Shown here one piece after another: positions 1 to 12,644 of a DNA stretch of 64,000 bases. Made by a program: the position numbers and the translations under genes. Numbering within the stretch: the stretch's first letter is position 1; each line of letters starts with the position of its first letter. Source of the DNA: Octopus sinensis (taxonomy: Eukaryota); assembly GCF_006345805.1 (NCBI RefSeq), contig NC_043004.1, positions 30,752,001 to 30,816,000 of the forward strand, in the 5' to 3' direction. The notes below the pieces were generated by a model. That model was not told where the DNA came from. It saw nothing but the letters and a program-made list of their open reading frames with translations, and did not search any database.

Positions 1-165
1 TGGTGCTTTTTATGTGCCACGGCACGAGGGCAGGCGAGGCTGGCAACGGACACGAACGGGGGCGGTGTGGCAACGGTCGCGAAACGGAAAGTTCTCTTAC
101 ATGCCACCGGCACTGGTAACACATCTGCAATTTCCATTGATCGATTTTCCATTGATCGATTTCGA
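1..165 (-). mobile_element. RTE-type LINE 3' UTR fragment (modular repeat region), cut by the window edge
   Basis: GGTGCTTTTTATGTGCCAC..GGCAC and CATGCCACCGGCAC motifs are the reverse complement of the repeat units in the RTE 3' UTR at 39353-39570. Confidence 0.6.
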
Positions 166-254
166 TTTGATATATATATATATATATGCATATTCAATAT
201 ATCATATATCAGTATATATATATATTCGATTCTGATTTGATATATATATATAAT

Positions 255-304
<50 letters not shown>

Positions 305-332
305 TTATATATATATATATATATATTATAAT

Positions 333-363
<31 letters not shown>

Positions 364-833
364 GGGAGAGAGAAAGAAGCAGAAAAGAAACATGTAGATG
401 CACACACAAACACACACCAATATACAATACGAAGATTGAAATGTTCCCGCTAAAAATGGCCAATCAATAACAATAAGGAAGTACATTATTATAGTTTTTA
501 ACTCCGAGTAATACACTAATTCTAAGTAGAACAGAACTAAAACAGCTTCCTCACCCGCATCCCCCCCACCACCATCCCCCAGCTCCCACACCATAGAAGA
601 ATTAGCTAGAAGTGCTACGGATATTATTGTGAAGTAGATTTACAAAGTTAAACAGCAGAAAATTCTCTCTACTTTATTGTTCAATAATGTCTTTATTAAA
701 AACAAACATAATACTTCGCGTCCAACCCACCCAGAACAGAAAGCAAAGATAACAAAAAAACACGAGAAATAAAAACCATTTTATCTTCATCTCTCAACCA
801 AATCAAATTAGGGTAATGGAATAAATGTTAATT

Positions 834-865
<32 letters not shown>

Positions 866-1233
866 TCTATTTATTTATTCATTATTTATTCATCACTTTC
901 CTGTCTGCTCCGGCTCCACCTCCATTCACCCCCACCCCCTTCATACCCCACAAAAAATCTCCTTTCATACCGATTTCATTGTCTGAACAAAGTTGTCGAT
1001 AGATATTGTGATGAATAAGGTTTTGGACAGCCATAGATAATATTGATTGTTGAAATTATATATCTGTGTGTGTGGTGTGTGTGTGTGTGTGTATGTAGAT
1101 ATACAGTAAGAGAGGGACAAACAGAAAGAAAGAGTGAAAAAGATACATTATAAGACATGTATACATAGATGCATAAATATATACATACATATGCACATAT
1201 ATATATATATAAGTATGCATGTATGTATATATA

Positions 1234-1271
<38 letters not shown>

Positions 1272-1272
1272 C

Positions 1273-1304
<32 letters not shown>

Positions 1305-1853
1305 GCATATATATTTACATATATATACATATATGTATGTGTGTATATATGTATGTATACACATATATATACACACACACACATGCACAAGTGAGTGGAC
1401 AAATGAAAGAAAGTGTCGCTCCAACACATTTTGTTGGCGTTGCATATATTATTTATTTAATAACAGTTTAACTCCACATCATACAACTTAAAGTTTTCTA
1501 GGGTCATCAAGCGAACCTGTCTCATCAAGCTAGTAGAGACCAATTTGGTCTCTGCAAGCAGCTTAATTATTTATTTTGTTTTGTAGTAGGTGTTTGGTTT
1601 AGCAAGGTTTTTATATATAGTTTAGTTCTTCCTGAGGGTGGTTCATAGTGGTTTCAAAGTAGGTATGTTTTGATAGTGTGTCTATAGCACATAAAATAAC
1701 TTCTTTATGAAAAGCATAATTTGGTAAGCAAAATTTAAGAGTTGCAGGTAATATTACGGAATACCAGAATAAGGTATAAAAGCAGATGACAAGAAGAAAA
1801 TGAAAAAAAGAACAAACGAATATACTGTTCCAGTTGTGTTTGGTATCATTAGC

Positions 1854-2263
1854 TTTACTCTTTTACTTGTTTCAGTCATTTGACTGCGGCCATGCTGGAG
1901 CACCGCCTTTAGTTGAGCAAATCGACCCCAGGACTTATTCTTTGTAAGCCTAGTACTTATTCTATCAGTCTCTTTTGCCGAACCGCTAAATTACGGAGGA
2001 CATAAACACACTAGCATCGGTTATCAAGCAATGCTAGGGGGACAAACACAGACACACACACACACATATATATATATATATTATATATATATATATATAC
2101 GACGGGCTTCTTTCAGTTTCCGTCTACCAAATCCACTCACAAGGCTTTGGTCGGCCCGAGGCTATAGTAGAAGACACTTGCCCAAGGTGCCACGCAGTGG
2201 GACTGAACCCGGAACCATGCGGTTGGTAAACAAGCTACTTACCACACAGCCACTCCTGCGCCT
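1854..2263 (-). mobile_element. Full-length tRNA-derived SINE, type A (AAAAGAGT tail)
   Basis: The reverse complement reads AGGCGCAGGAGTGGCTGTGTGGTAAG (A-box-like), GGTTCAGTCCC (B-box-like), an internal (AT)/(GT) tract, and a tail GGCGGTGCTCCAGCATGGCCGCAGTCAAATGACTGAAAC-AAAAGAGT. Near-identical copies occur elsewhere in the window. Confidence 0.9.
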
Positions 2264-2439
2264 ATTGAAGTTTAGTTGGTAACATCTGTTTATATTGGTT
2301 AGATGTTGTGTAGGAAATTAATGGTTGGGTTTATGTTGTTATTTGAGTTTATTCAAGCATGTAACAGAGGTACAAAAGGGGAGATTAATATGGGATAAAA
2401 ATCTGTGCTTAGTATGAAAGATTGTGTCCAAACATATTT

Positions 2440-2675
2440 TTAAGTACTAGCTTTGTGAATACAAAGGGATATTGGTATTTGATGTTCATATATATCACCA
2501 CCAAAGAAAAGTGCACACAATGGAAGAAAAAAGCAGTAGCACCAGCAGAGAGCTCCTTCAAATGCAGTTGCTGTATGTGTAACCGCCACTCTTGTGTGGC
2601 CTCTACAGCCACAGTAGGTACTGCACCACCAAAAGCTGTTGACACGATCCGTGGCCTCTCAAAGCCAACGGATGC

Positions 2676-2718
<43 letters not shown>
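2440..2718 (+). mobile_element. Possible 3' end of a restriction-like-endonuclease LINE (HERO/NeSL-like) with a (TAC)n tail
   Basis: The degenerate frame ...QWKKKAVAPAESSFK... loosely resembles the C-terminal 'KKAIKxxAEAAExSSxW' motif of HERO-like ORFs. It is followed by GGATGCCTAA and (TAC)n at ~2680-2718. The family call is weak. Confidence 0.3.
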
Positions 2719-2719
<1 letters not shown>

Positions 2720-3034
2720 GTATATCATCAGTAGTGGATTCACTTATACATGTATGTATGTGTGTAATTATGAAAGAAGGAGGAGGAAGCAAATACTAGC
2801 AAAATTGAGCTTACAAAATTGACACCAACACTGATGGATTTGGTGATGTGATGAGACTTTTTGGTGATGAGTTCTTGGTTGAAACATGGTCTTCTCAAAT
2901 TAGGAAATGAACAATTGGAATGTATTGAATTAAACAAGGCATTAGCATATTAATCAAGAAATTAATAGAGTATATCGATGGAAATAATGAATTGTAGTGA
3001 TTTTGTGAAATTAATGATTTAAAGAAAACAGAAT

Positions 3035-3200
3035 GCAGGTGTGGCTGGGTAGTAAGAAATTTCCTTCTCAGTCACAAAGCTCTGGGTTCAATCCTGTTGC
3101 ATGGTACCTTGGATAAGTGTCTTCTACTATAGCTTCAGTTTAACCAAAACCTCATGAGTGGATTTGGTAGATGAAAGTTGAAGAAACCTGGTACGTGTGT

Positions 3201-3238
<38 letters not shown>

Positions 3239-3408
3239 TGTGTGTATTGAGGCTGTGTGGCAGGAAGCTTGCTTTCCAACCACATGGGTTTGGGTTCAGT
3301 CCCCTTGCATAGCACCTTAAACAATGTCTTCTACTATAGCCTTGGGCTGATCAAAGCCTTGTCAGTGGATTTGGTAGACAGGAACTAAAAGAAGCCTATC
3401 ATATATGC

Positions 3409-3467
<59 letters not shown>

Positions 3468-3730
3468 TGTGTGTGTGTTTGTGTGTGTGTGTGTGCATGT
3501 GTGTGTTAATGTCTCCTTGCTTTCACTCTGCATGTTAGTTGTAAACATCATGTAAGCAATGTCCTTTGTTTCCAATCTTCTGTAAACACATGCTTGGTCA
3601 TGGGGAAATACTACCTTACTTAGAAGCAGGCACGGGTTGGTGACAGGTAGGCACCTGGCCATACAAATTCTGCTTCAACATATTCTATCCCACATATACA
3701 AATAAATGGACATTAAAACTGAAGATGATA
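3035..3730 (+). mobile_element. Two adjacent degenerate SINE heads; the second continues into an RTE-type tail (type B SINE)
   Basis: Head motifs at ~3035-3200 and ~3250-3410, a (GT)n tract at 3413-3505, then GGGTTGGTGACAGGTAGGCACCTGGCC...GGACATTAAAACTGAAGATGAT. Confidence 0.7.
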
Positions 3731-4317
3731 TTGAGATTTATTGTTATTAATTAATTATTAATTTTTATAATAATATCATCATTAAATGAGTATGAATGCA
3801 ATTAAATGTGAATTGAACCAGGTGAAATGTTGAAATCTTGGCACATCAAATAAAGCAGAATTAGAAAAATGAAAATAGATAAAGTGTGAAGAGTGGAGGC
3901 AAGATTTTGAAGGAGTGAAATTTATTGGGTTAACACTACCTACTGTGAAGATGTGTTGAGTAGTAGTTTGGGTGTTGAACTTAGGATTGTCTAGTCACAG
4001 ATTCAATTTCTGGTTCAGGTGGTGTTGTAGTCCAATTAAGTCAAAATAAGTAGCAGTGATAGCGTGGATAGAGTTATAACTATGATGGACAACTGTCCCA
4101 TTTAGGGGAGAGTAATGGTCAATTAGACATCATGATCAACTAACTGTCATGGAAACTGAGAAAGATTCAAGCTAACACAATGATTAGAATTATAGATACA
4201 TGACTACAGCCACATACACATCAATGTCACCTACATGTTAACCATTTTTATTCCTATATGTGCTTATAAACATACTACACACTCTCCTCATAGGTATATA
4301 TATACATACATACATAC

Positions 4318-4369
<52 letters not shown>

Positions 4370-4424
4370 TATATACATATATACATATATATATATACAC
4401 ATACATACACACACACACACACAC

Positions 4425-4460
<36 letters not shown>

Positions 4461-4468
4461 TATATATA

Positions 4469-5710
4469 TTGGGTCATCCCATAAATAATGTGCTTTTTTT
4501 ATATTTCTTTTATTTTTCAAAATTAAGATAAACAAAGTGCTTTTTTAATTTAAAATATACTCTCTTTCATTTTCTACAACACTCTTCCATCTATCTGGTA
4601 GACGTGCAAGGCCACTCTTCCAAAATTCAATTGTCTGTAATGAAAAATACTCCTGCAGTACTGTTCTAACCTCGTCTACAGAATTCATATCTTTTCCGTT
4701 CAAATGATTTTGAAGACTGCAGAATATATGATAATCAAATGGGGCAATGTCCAGTGAATATGGTAGACGAGGCATCGTTTCCCATTCAAACTGCTCCAAC
4801 CTTTGGAATGTCAGCCTCACTGTATGGTATGTGACTGAGCATTATCCTGATGGTAGAACACCTTTCATCTTGAAACCAAAAGTGGCCATTTTCCTTCTGA
4901 TGCTGACTTAAGCCACTCAAGCTGCTCGCAGTAGATCTCCTTTGTTCTTGTTTATCATTTGGTTTGGGTTTAAAAGTTCAAAGTGAACTCAACCTTTCAT
5001 ATCCCACCAAACAGATAACAACACCTTATATGGGTGAAGACTTCCTTTAGCCTGGGGTGCTGATGTTTCTCCTTTCCCTACCCACTGTCTTCATTTTTAT
5101 AGAGAACCCATTTTTCATCACAAGTTACTATTTGGTCCAACAAAGGTTCATTTGTGAAATGTGACAGCAAAGAAGAGCACACATTCACTCTCTGCATGCA
5201 ATTAAACTTGTAAAGTTTGTGAGGAACCCACTGACCCAGTTTGCTGACTTTTCTGATGGCACACAGGTATTGATGAGTGGTTGTATGACCAAATCCAAGT
5301 TCCTCTGCTAGTTCCTCAACAGTTATGATGGAATTTTGTTCCACCAGGGTTTGCAAGCTGTCCTCATCGAGCTCTACAGATCTTCCAGGGTGAGGCAGAT
5401 TTTCTAGGCTGTAGTTTCTGGCTTGGGATTTCTGAAACTATTATTGATACTGGGTTACATTTATTGCCCAGTCCCCATATACTGCATTAGTATTCCTCAC
5501 TCTTTTTGTTGCGTTCTTGCCTTTATTGAACTCTTAAACCAAAATATGCCAAATATGCTTCTTTATCACTTTCATTATAACTTTGAAAAAGTAACAGTTA
5601 AAAACGAACTGCTTTTATAGCAGGTTGAAGCAGGTAGTTTATCCCATCCCACTTTGACTTCTAGTTCATGCAATTGAAAAAAAAAACGCATTATTTATGG
5701 GATGATCCAA
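4469..5710 (-). mobile_element. Mariner (Tc1/mariner) DNA transposon, degenerate near-full-length copy
   Basis: TIRs TTGGGTCATCCCATAAATAATG / CATTATTTATGGGATGATCCAA are flanked by TA. Minus-strand fragments include 'WVPHKL', 'IVTCDEKWVLY' and 'PYSLDIAPFDYHIF' (WVPHEL, first DDD aspartate and YSPDLAP-D motifs). Confidence 0.92.
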
Positions 5711-5837
5711 TATATTATATCATACTATATTATATATATAATATATATATGCATGTGTGTGTATGTATATATATGTGTGTGTGTGTATGTATATACATGT
5801 GCATATATATGTATATGTATATATTTGTATATATTTA

Positions 5838-5895
<58 letters not shown>

Positions 5896-5918
5896 GTGTG
5901 TGTGTGTGTGTGTGTATG

Positions 5919-6206
5919 TGTAAATATAATATGTGACAATTATTCGGTAGCCATGATAAAACTCCAAGTTTTGGATGTCGTGGTGGAAACCCGCACCGGC
6001 ATCTCTTCAGTTATCGGGCCATCGAAAACTGAAGAGATGCCCGATAACTGAAGAGATGCCGGTGTGGATTTCCGCCTCGACATCCAAAACTCAGAGTTTT
6101 ATCATGGCTACTGAATAATTGTCACATATTATATTTACAGATAAATTCCTCTATTTACATAATATCGAGGTCTCTTTCATTCTTTTGTTTTCTTGTCATT
6201 TCTATC
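5919..6206. repeat. ~220-bp palindrome (arms 5919-6018 and 6040-6139) carrying hammerhead-like motifs; probable Penelope-like pseudo-LTR remnant
   Basis: The arms are direct reverse complements (TGTAAATATAATATGTGACAATTATTC... / ...GAATAATTGTCACATATTATATTTACA) with scattered substitutions. The Penelope assignment is inferred from the hammerhead motif and the inverted arrangement. Confidence 0.75.
6043..6103 (+). ncRNA. Minimal type I hammerhead-ribozyme-like motif, G12 mutated; mirror copy on the minus strand at 5955-6015
   Basis: Stem I GATAA(6043-47)/TTATC(6099-6103); core CTGAAGA(6048-54); stem II GATG/CATC with one extra C; AAAAC(6086-90) in place of GAAAC; palindromic stem III ACTC-A-GAGT; cleavage triplet GTT(6096-98). 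Confidence 0.55.
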
Positions 6207-7314
6207 AATACATATATATATATAAATCCATCAGCAGGAGAGGGGGGTACCTGTCCCCTAATATATTTATACACAGATATTAAAAGTCTGGATTTTCCTA
6301 AGAAAAAGATATAATACAGCTTAGCTATTTTGTGTGAATTTATGTGTGTGTAGTCGACTAGTGTGTGTGTGACTAGAGAGTTACAAAGATAAAGAATGAC
6401 TCTCCAGCACTAGACATCACGAAATTGAAAAAGAGGAATAAGATAAAAGGATTTAGGCAGTATTTTGTCATTTCCTTAAGAAAATCCAAAGATAGAAAGA
6501 AGGAAGGAAAGAAGGGAAGAAAGCAAGAGAGAAAGAAAGGAAGAAAATCTACTTCCATCTGCTGACTTATTTTTCTATCATCATCATATGTGTGTGTGTT
6601 TGCATGTATATATGTATGTGTGTGTGTGTGTGTGTGTATAAAAGTATATATAAGTATGTACATATAACATTCTTTAGATATTAATCTATAAACACACTCA
6701 TACATATATGCATAATTACATATATACACACACACACATACATATGATGTTTATCAACAGGTTGTTGACCCATGTTATTTTATTTGTAAGCTCAGGGTGG
6801 ATAAATCTGTCAAATCATAATGTCTATATTGTGACAGATGACAGAAATACAGATTACAGTTCTTTTCTTTTCCTGTACTATATTTCAATATTGGGTCCCT
6901 TGTTAAACTTCTGTTAAGTATTTGCCAAAGCTTATCAACATTGCAGAGCAACATTTTAATGTTCCTCTTCCTTATTTTCATATTTACATGTTTTTTGTAC
7001 TTACAAGTGTGAATGATTTATAAAGCTAGTTATGTTTTGTTCATTTTAGACTCAGCTCTGTTATTTAGATTAGTTTGTATTCATTTTGTAAAAATTCACT
7101 AGTTTTATTCTACTATGTATTACTCAGTTGTTTGACATTTATGGGTTTTAAATAGAGAATTATCTCAATAAACAGCAGAAGGTTGACATCAATGATAAAG
7201 AAGATCGCGTGCAATCTTAAGGCCACAAATTACCCACTTGTGAATTAGAAGTTATAGATCAGGGGTTTGGATACATTGAGTTTAAGCTTGGTAAGGGTTA
7301 CCATTTCTTTAAGA

Positions 7315-7480
7315 AATGAAAGAGGTAGTCAATTTGCAACAAAGAAGTACAGGAAGCAGTGCATAAATGCCAGTGCAACTAGTCAAAAACCTTCTACTCC
7401 AATGAAATAAGAAAGCTTGTGGTTCTACTGGAAGTGTATCAAAAAGCAAGGAGACTATTTCAAAAAATAATGCAACTGCT
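7315..7480 (+). mobile_element. Mariner transposase 3' fragment
   Basis: Degenerate 'EVQEAVHK...QKPFYSNEIRKLV...KCIKKQGDYF' matches the mariner C-terminus after frame correction. Confidence 0.6.
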
Positions 7481-7542
7481 CAACTCCTGCTTTTGTTTTG
7501 ATAAATTATGGAAACAAGAGTGTATATAATTTTTTTTTTTTT

Positions 7543-7779
7543 TTGTATAGAGTGGTAATAAGAAAATAAGATGACAAATGAATAAATGATTATCTTATGA
7601 ACTTCACTGGCTTACAGTACTTTATATTTGAGGCTCCAATGAAAACTATAAGGTTTCACGCAAGCACTCAACTATGAATCCACTGCATCTTATAGCAGAA
7701 ACAGTTGTAAGCTAATGAAGTTCGTAAGATAATCTTTTATTCATTTGTCATCTTATTTTCTTATCATCACTCTATACAA
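7543..7779. mobile_element. MITE-like element with ~75-bp imperfect terminal inverted repeats
   Basis: TTGTATAGAGTGGTAATAAGAAAATAAGATGACAAATGAATAA... is mirrored by ...TTATTCATTTGTCATCTTATTTTCTTATCATCACTCTATACAA. Confidence 0.75.
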
Positions 7780-7863
7780 GACTAATACTTTGTTTTGAAG
7801 TATGCATATATTGAGTTCGACACTAGATTATTAGTCCCACAATACCTAAGTGAAATATATATA

Positions 7864-8281
7864 TACTCTTTTACTCTTTTACTTTGTTTCAGTCCTTTGA
7901 CTGCGGCCATGCTGGAGCACCGCCTTTAGTCGAGCAAATCGACCCCGGGACTTATTCTTTGTAAGCCCAGTACTTATTCTATCGGTCTCTTTTGCCGTAC
8001 CACTAAGTGACGGGGACGTAAACACACCAGCATTGGTTGTCAAGCAATGCTAGGGGGACAAAACAGACACACAAACATATATACTCACATACATATGTAC
8101 ATATATATACATATATACGACAGGCTTCTTTCAGTTTCTGTCTACCAAATCCACTCACAAGGCATTGGTCGGCCCGAGGCTATAGCAGAAGACACTTGCC
8201 CAAGATGCCACGCAGTAGGACTGAACCCGGAACCATGTGGCTGGTAAGCAAGCTACTTACCACACAGCCACTCCTGCACCT
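7864..8281 (-). mobile_element. Full-length type A SINE
   Basis: Colinear with the SINE at 1854-2263. Confidence 0.9.
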
Positions 8282-8293
8282 ATATATATATAT

Positions 8294-8586
8294 ATGAAAT
8301 ACAGTGTACATTTAAACACATAAGGAATCATCTCATATGATTTCCACACGCTAGAAAAAACAGCTAGGTTCTATAACCACAAAATTAGGGATAAAATTCG
8401 ACAGCAACGAAATGAAAAAATAAAAACATTTTACCATTTTAGATGGTAAAATGCTTTTATTTTTTCATTTCGTTCCTGTTCAATTTTATCCCTAATTTTG
8501 TGGTTATAGAACCTAGCTGTTCTTTCTAGCGTGTTGAAATCCCATGAGTGGATTCCTTATGTGTTTAAATGTACACTGTATTTTAT
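8294..8586. repeat. Fold-back palindrome, ~145-bp arms, 5-nt loop
   Basis: AAATACAGTGTACATTTAAACACATAAGGAATC...ACCAT-TTTAG-ATGGT...GATTCCTTATGTGTTTAAATGTACACTGTATTT. Confidence 0.85.
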
Positions 8587-9786
8587 GACTAATACATAGT
8601 CTTTAGACTAAATTTTTACACGCTAGGCCACTGGAAATGAAAATTTCTATTAATTTCCATTTCCCTTTGATATGATTAAATATATATAGTGGTACAAGAG
8701 TGCCTGACCATACTCATATTTTTGGTGTGGGGCGGGGGTATACGTCTGTGAGTAGCCAAAATACAGTTTGAAGTATAAGTATATTCAAATAAATATAAAT
8801 ATTGACAAAACATGAATCATGTTTCTGTGATCGTGATGTTTTTTATATAATGTTATTGTGAATATTTATCTATGATCTCAGTGGGTAAATCAATCAATAA
8901 TGCACTGCACAGTGGGGATTTGTTGATAATTTGAAATGTAAGGCAAGCCTTACATACAGGTGTGTGCATATATGTGTGTCTATGTCTATATTTTTATGTG
9001 TGTGTTCATAAAGTATTTCCCACTAGTACTATCTTATTGCTATTCGTCACAACTAATACAAGCTTAGATGGAACATAGAAATTTGGTCAAAATGAGGTTA
9101 ATAAATGATTTAATATTCAGATTTCAAATCGGTGACTTGACATAAAGTTATACAGATAAAAATAGAAATAAATATTACAGAAATAAACAAGATAAAAATT
9201 AAATAAAAGTAAAATATAGGAAATTGTAAGGCAAAGAAGTAGAAAGCAAAGAAATGTAAAGAGCAAAGGAGGAAAAAAATTAAAAGGGGAGAAAAAAAGG
9301 AGAGGAAATTGAAATGATACGTATGTGATTATCATTGCATTGATAACATGTACAAGAAAGTATTAGACATAGTAATATAAGAAGGGAATAGGGAAACATT
9401 GTCTTGTTTGAGAGAGAATGGAAAAAAAATTAACATATAAAAACTCAGTAGGAAAGAGAGACATCAGAGGAGGAGGAAGTGAATGTATGTCAGTATATAG
9501 GGAGCAGAGAGAACTGGAATCATTAATATGGTGCAAAAAGAAAATAAGTCAGACAAAGATGTCACAGATATCATGAGAGGAGAGGGAGAAAGAGGAGAAG
9601 GAAAGTGGGGAGGAGGAGGAGGAGGAGGAGGAGAAGAAGAAGAAGAAGAAGAAGAAGAAGAGAAGAAGAAGAAGAAGAAGAAGAAGAAGAAGAAGAAGAA
9701 GACATAAATGCTAAATGTACAAAGGAAAGTGCTGATCAGTGCACTACTTCAACAATATGATAAAATAAGAATATAGTATACATAAG

Positions 9787-9843
<57 letters not shown>

Positions 9844-10636
9844 GATAAAAATAATAATATGGAAAATAATAATATAGCTAAATAATATAATAAAATAGAA
9901 ATATGCAAAATTCAATTGACAAAAGTGATTCAAGTTCTTTTTCCATTTATGAGAAAAAGAGAAACCAGTTTACTAAAATCTGAAGTCTTCCTATGAAATA
10001 TCTTTAACAACACTTAGCTTACAGAAAACCTTTGACACAAAAGACACAAGTTTTGAAGGTGGACTTTAAATATAATAAGATTTCAAAGCACTTCAAAGAA
10101 TTTCCAAAATCTTTTGAATAAACTCAAAGAAATTCCACTTAAGATGGTACAATATATTCAGCCTGTGGGTAGGACTAAATTCCAATATACATTCATATTT
10201 TAATGACGACATACTGAAACAAGTCCTTTCTTAGAATTAAATAAATTGAATGAAGATTTCAACATAATTTGTCAAAGATGTGCAGGTAAAGAAATATGAA
10301 ACCTCCAAAATATGGTTTTACAAATTTGACCACCGACTATTGTATTATAAAGTCTGATTTTGTTTTTTAAGTCTACAGACATGTTGTGGTAGAAAGGTAA
10401 TATTTGTTTCTCTGGATTTCTAAAATACTGTGTGTGCTATACACACTCACTCTTAAAAGCACTTTTGTTCATCCTAAATAAATGTTTTTTTTACCATTTA
10501 GTTGAGGAGTAAAGGACGATGCCCATGACCCCTTCCTTCATTTCAGGAAGGTCTGGCTCCCATCTTTGGCATTGAAAGCTATACTGAATTGAACACTACT
10601 ACATAGTATCAAAGATCATATCATCTCTATCTAGAG

Positions 10637-11025
10637 CAGTGGCTCTCAGCAGGGAACCATATGACCCCTGGGCTCCAAACAGAATTTTATGAAGTCCATG
10701 CAAGCAAAATAGTAAGTTGGGGGTCCACAGTAGTATTTTAGGGTACATGAAAAAATTTTTCTTTAGACTTATATATTGCAAAAAACTACTAAGTTTCTTA
10801 GTCTAATGCTTAACATAGTCCAACATGTTTGCAGCCACAGAAACATATTATCTCAGAGAGTGCAATTGCAAATCTGTACAAGTGAACACGTGAAAAACAA
10901 AATAGCAATTTTGAAAGAAGTATCTATAAAACTAGTTTTTAATCATTGAATGGCCGAGTGGGGGTCCACCATGCTGAAATAATAATCAAAGGAGTTCATA
11001 GACAAGAAATGGTTGACAACCACTG
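10637..11025. mobile_element. Non-autonomous hAT (Charlie/MER5-like) MITE
   Basis: TIRs CAGTGGCTCTCA / TGACAACCACTG, with the 8-bp TSD ATCTAGAG at 10629-10636 and 11026-11033. Confidence 0.8.
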
Positions 11026-11033
11026 ATCTAGAG

Positions 11034-12644
11034 CAAGGGTCACCAAACTTTTTTTTCCAGTGGGCTGGATAACAGAGAGGATGACAAGCATGGGCCACAT
11101 AACCATTTTATACAGTACAATACAGTGAATACACAAAAAATAAAGACAACCGACATATTTATTTATCAAAAGTTATCAAAGGTGATGTTAGTAAAATGAT
11201 AGTTATATCACACCAGGTATGCACATATCTGAATCTCACAGAAAACAGCAAAAGAGATTAGTGAGATTTGTGAAAGTGGTGTTTAGCATTTAAAATATCA
11301 ATACTTGCTTTGAAATTGCAGCATCCAACCAAGAGAATCGCTTTCAAATGTTCATCAGTCAACCTCGTTCGATGTGCTGACTTCACATACTTTATTTTTG
11401 AAAATGTTTGCTCACAGACATACATTGTTCCAAACATTGATACCATACCAGAGGCACATTTTTCCAACTTTGAAAACTCATCATCAGGGAAGCAGCAATA
11501 AAATTCAACGAGTTTTCTTTCTGTGCTTCTCTTCCAACAGGTCATTTGCTTGCAAATCAATGAGCTCCAACTGTAGTTTGACTGGCACGTCGTCAAGGAT
11601 ACAACCAAACAAAAGAATGTCACTCTCAGTTCTGTTGAGACCTGAAAATCTCTCCCAAAAAAATGCTTATTCAAGTCACAAATAATCTTCAGAAACTGGA
11701 GCTCATATCTGCTGCAATTCCAGCATGAAACTCTTTCAAACACTGAAAATGAGAGATGTTTTTCTCTTTCCAGTTGTGTTTCAAAACAATGATAGCTTTC
11801 TCCGAAATCCTTTGATGATTCTGTAGAGATCACAGATAAGGTTATCCTTTCTCTGAAGTATCAAGTTCAATTCATTCATGTGGGATGTGATGTCAACCAA
11901 AAATGACAACTTTGACAGCCAGGTAGGATCTGACAGAAGTGGATCAGCTCTATCCTTTTCGGCAAGAAAAATTTTATTTCTCTTTGGAGCTTATAAAAAT
12001 GAAACAGGATTTTACCACTGTTGAACTACCTCACAGCTGTGATATAAGGCAACTTACAGAATTCAGAATCAATTTCTTCAACAAAAGCCTGGAATTAGTA
12101 GTGATTATGTGCTTGACTCGAAGTTTGCCACAGAAATAACTGGTTTCAGTACACAAGAAATATCTAAGCCTTTCCCAGAGAGTGCTTGCTGATGTATAAT
12201 GCATTGCATACACAGAGCACCCGGGAGTTGAAGATCTTCCTACTTAGTCCTGATCTGCCCCACCAGACCCTTCTTCATTCCAGCCATGTCTTTTCCTCTG
12301 TTAACTGTAACTCATGAAACTGCTTCCACTGCAGGTTTATAGCCTTGCAAAGTTTTCTGCACTTCCATGAAAGTATCTTCTCTCTAAGTTCTTCTGTTCT
12401 CCACACAACTAAACCTGCTGAAAGGCTGATAATTATAAAACAAATCAGCTTTCTCAGGACATAAGCCATTTTCAGTTTCCATCATACAGTTGTGGATGAA
12501 GTTGCAGTCAGTAAACAGTTTTTCTCACTGCAAGAATGAGCTCTTGTTGCAGGTACTTACACAAATAGTATAGTGCAGTGATGGGCCCTATGAACTGACC
12601 TCCTGGGCTGGATCTGGCCTACAGACTGTAGTTTGGTGACCCTT
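11034..12644 (-). mobile_element. Internally deleted hAT (Charlie-like) transposon with transposase remnants
   Basis: TIR CAAGGGTCACCAAAC / GTTTGGTGACCCTT, with ATCTAGAG on both sides. ORF 11258-11833 'SMFGTMYVCEQTFSKIKYVKSAHRTRLTDEHL' matches the hAT C-terminal dimerization region of GTF2IRD2/ZBED5-type transposases. Confidence 0.85.

Noticed and set aside
10495-10585. Apparent minus-strand exon YSFQCQRWEPDLPEMKEGVMGIVLYSSTK
   Set aside because: Much of it is the antisense of the CR1 remnant (EGLAPIFGIESYT on the plus strand), which explains the open frame.
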